The position numbers and the translations under genes are program-made. Shown here piece after piece: positions 10,520 to 10,746 of a stretch of 10,746 nucleotides of DNA. The stretch is from a bacterium (GTDB lineage Bacteria; Sysuimicrobiota; Sysuimicrobiia; Sysuimicrobiales; Kaftiobacteriaceae), in the NCBI GenBank assembly GCA_044868695.1, contig JBIOWP010000133.1, positions 1-10,746 of the forward strand, in the 5' to 3' direction. The notes under the pieces were generated by a model. That model made no database searches, was not told the DNA's origin, and saw only the letters and a program-made list of their open reading frames with translations. Numbering within the stretch: the first letter of the stretch is position 1; each line of letters starts with the position of its first letter.

Positions 10520-10563
10520 GTTGCACCAGCCGGGAGTGCGGATGATCGATGAGAAGTTCTTAG

Positions 10564-10593
10564 ATTATAGCCCACGGATGCCCTGCCCCGCAA
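10564..10593 (-). promoter_or_regulatory. candidate sigma-70-type promoter for the accDABC operon (TTGCGG-N18-TATAAT on the minus strand)
   Basis: The minus strand reads TTGCGG (plus 10593-10588), an 18-nt spacer, then a perfect TATAAT (plus 10569-10564). The predicted TSS is about 38 nt upstream of the accD GTG. This is a motif-only call. Confidence 0.3.
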
Positions 10594-10606
10594 ACCGCGC
10601 AAAAAC

Positions 10607-10668
10607 GGGACCGGGGACCAGGGACCGGGGAGCAGGCCTATTGCGAAACGAAATGGAGCGTCCATTCG
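10607..10668. promoter_or_regulatory. possible regulator-binding repeats upstream of the accD promoter: an 11-bp direct repeat GGGACCGGGGA x2, and a 20-bp palindrome CGAAATGGA-GC-GTCCATTCG
   Basis: GGGACCGGGGA occurs at 10607-10617 and at 10621-10631, separated by CCA. An imperfect inverted repeat spans 10649-10668, with perfect core AATGGAGCGTCCATT. Both lie about -40 to -100 relative to the putative TSS on the minus strand. Confidence 0.25.
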
Positions 10669-10746
10669 CTGTCAACGACGGTACGCATCGTTGAATGCCC
10701 GATGACGAATCGTTTGAGGCGTCGGCCCCGGTCGGTCTTTTTGTTG

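Noticed and set aside
10717-10746. GC-rich stretch followed by TTTTTGTTG at the window end, as a possible rho-independent terminator
   Set aside because: I could not find a clean complementary stem preceding the T-run. The window ends here and there is no upstream plus-strand gene in view, so I left it uncalled.

Overview
This ~70% GC bacterial window is dense in housekeeping and carbohydrate-metabolism genes, and I found no defence island. It carries no integrase or transposase, no tRNA or rRNA, and no CRISPR array.

Genes, in order along the window:
- (-) The N-terminus of an NAD-dependent sugar epimerase (GalE-like) that runs off the window start.
- (-) A ~600-aa (alpha/alpha)6-barrel glycoside hydrolase of the GH63 / mannosylglycerate-glucosylglycerate hydrolase type. 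Its stop lies 1 nt before the epimerase start, suggesting one operon.
- (-) A possible small ORF of about 94-121 aa. Its GC3 is very high, and it overlaps the uncertain 5' end of the hydrolase gene.
- (+) A bifunctional phosphoglucose/phosphomannose isomerase (SIS domain, archaeal-type PGI/PMI).
- (+) A MalK/MsiK/UgpC-type sugar ABC-transporter ATPase with no permease or binding-protein genes beside it.
- (-) An SPFH/band-7 (stomatin/HflK-like) membrane protein.
- (+) A ROK-family sugar kinase with no HTH domain.
- (-) A complete four-subunit, E. coli-type acetyl-CoA carboxylase operon, accD-accA-accB-accC. The junctions are translationally coupled: ATGA and GTGA overlaps, plus a 14-nt gap before accC.

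The most unusual non-coding feature is a ~117-bp AT-rich (~45% GC) intergenic island between the convergent ABC ATPase and SPFH genes. It consists of two oppositely oriented arrays of an 8-bp TGGAACGT unit that can fold into a ~30-bp imperfect hairpin. It is either a bidirectional U-tract-less terminator or a small repeat/MITE-like element.

Other candidates: a TTGCGG-N18-TATAAT promoter with upstream direct repeats and a palindrome ahead of accD; a variant Zn-motif in the ROK kinase; and 33-bp tandem repeats encoding hendecad repeats in the SPFH protein.

Many long ORFs in the six-frame track are antisense or off-frame artefacts of the high GC content and were rejected. I did not find a clearly novel biological system. 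The strongest hypothesis-level observation is a possible mannose/glucose-conjugate recycling module (GH63 hydrolase, ROK kinase, PGI/PMI, orphan ATPase).
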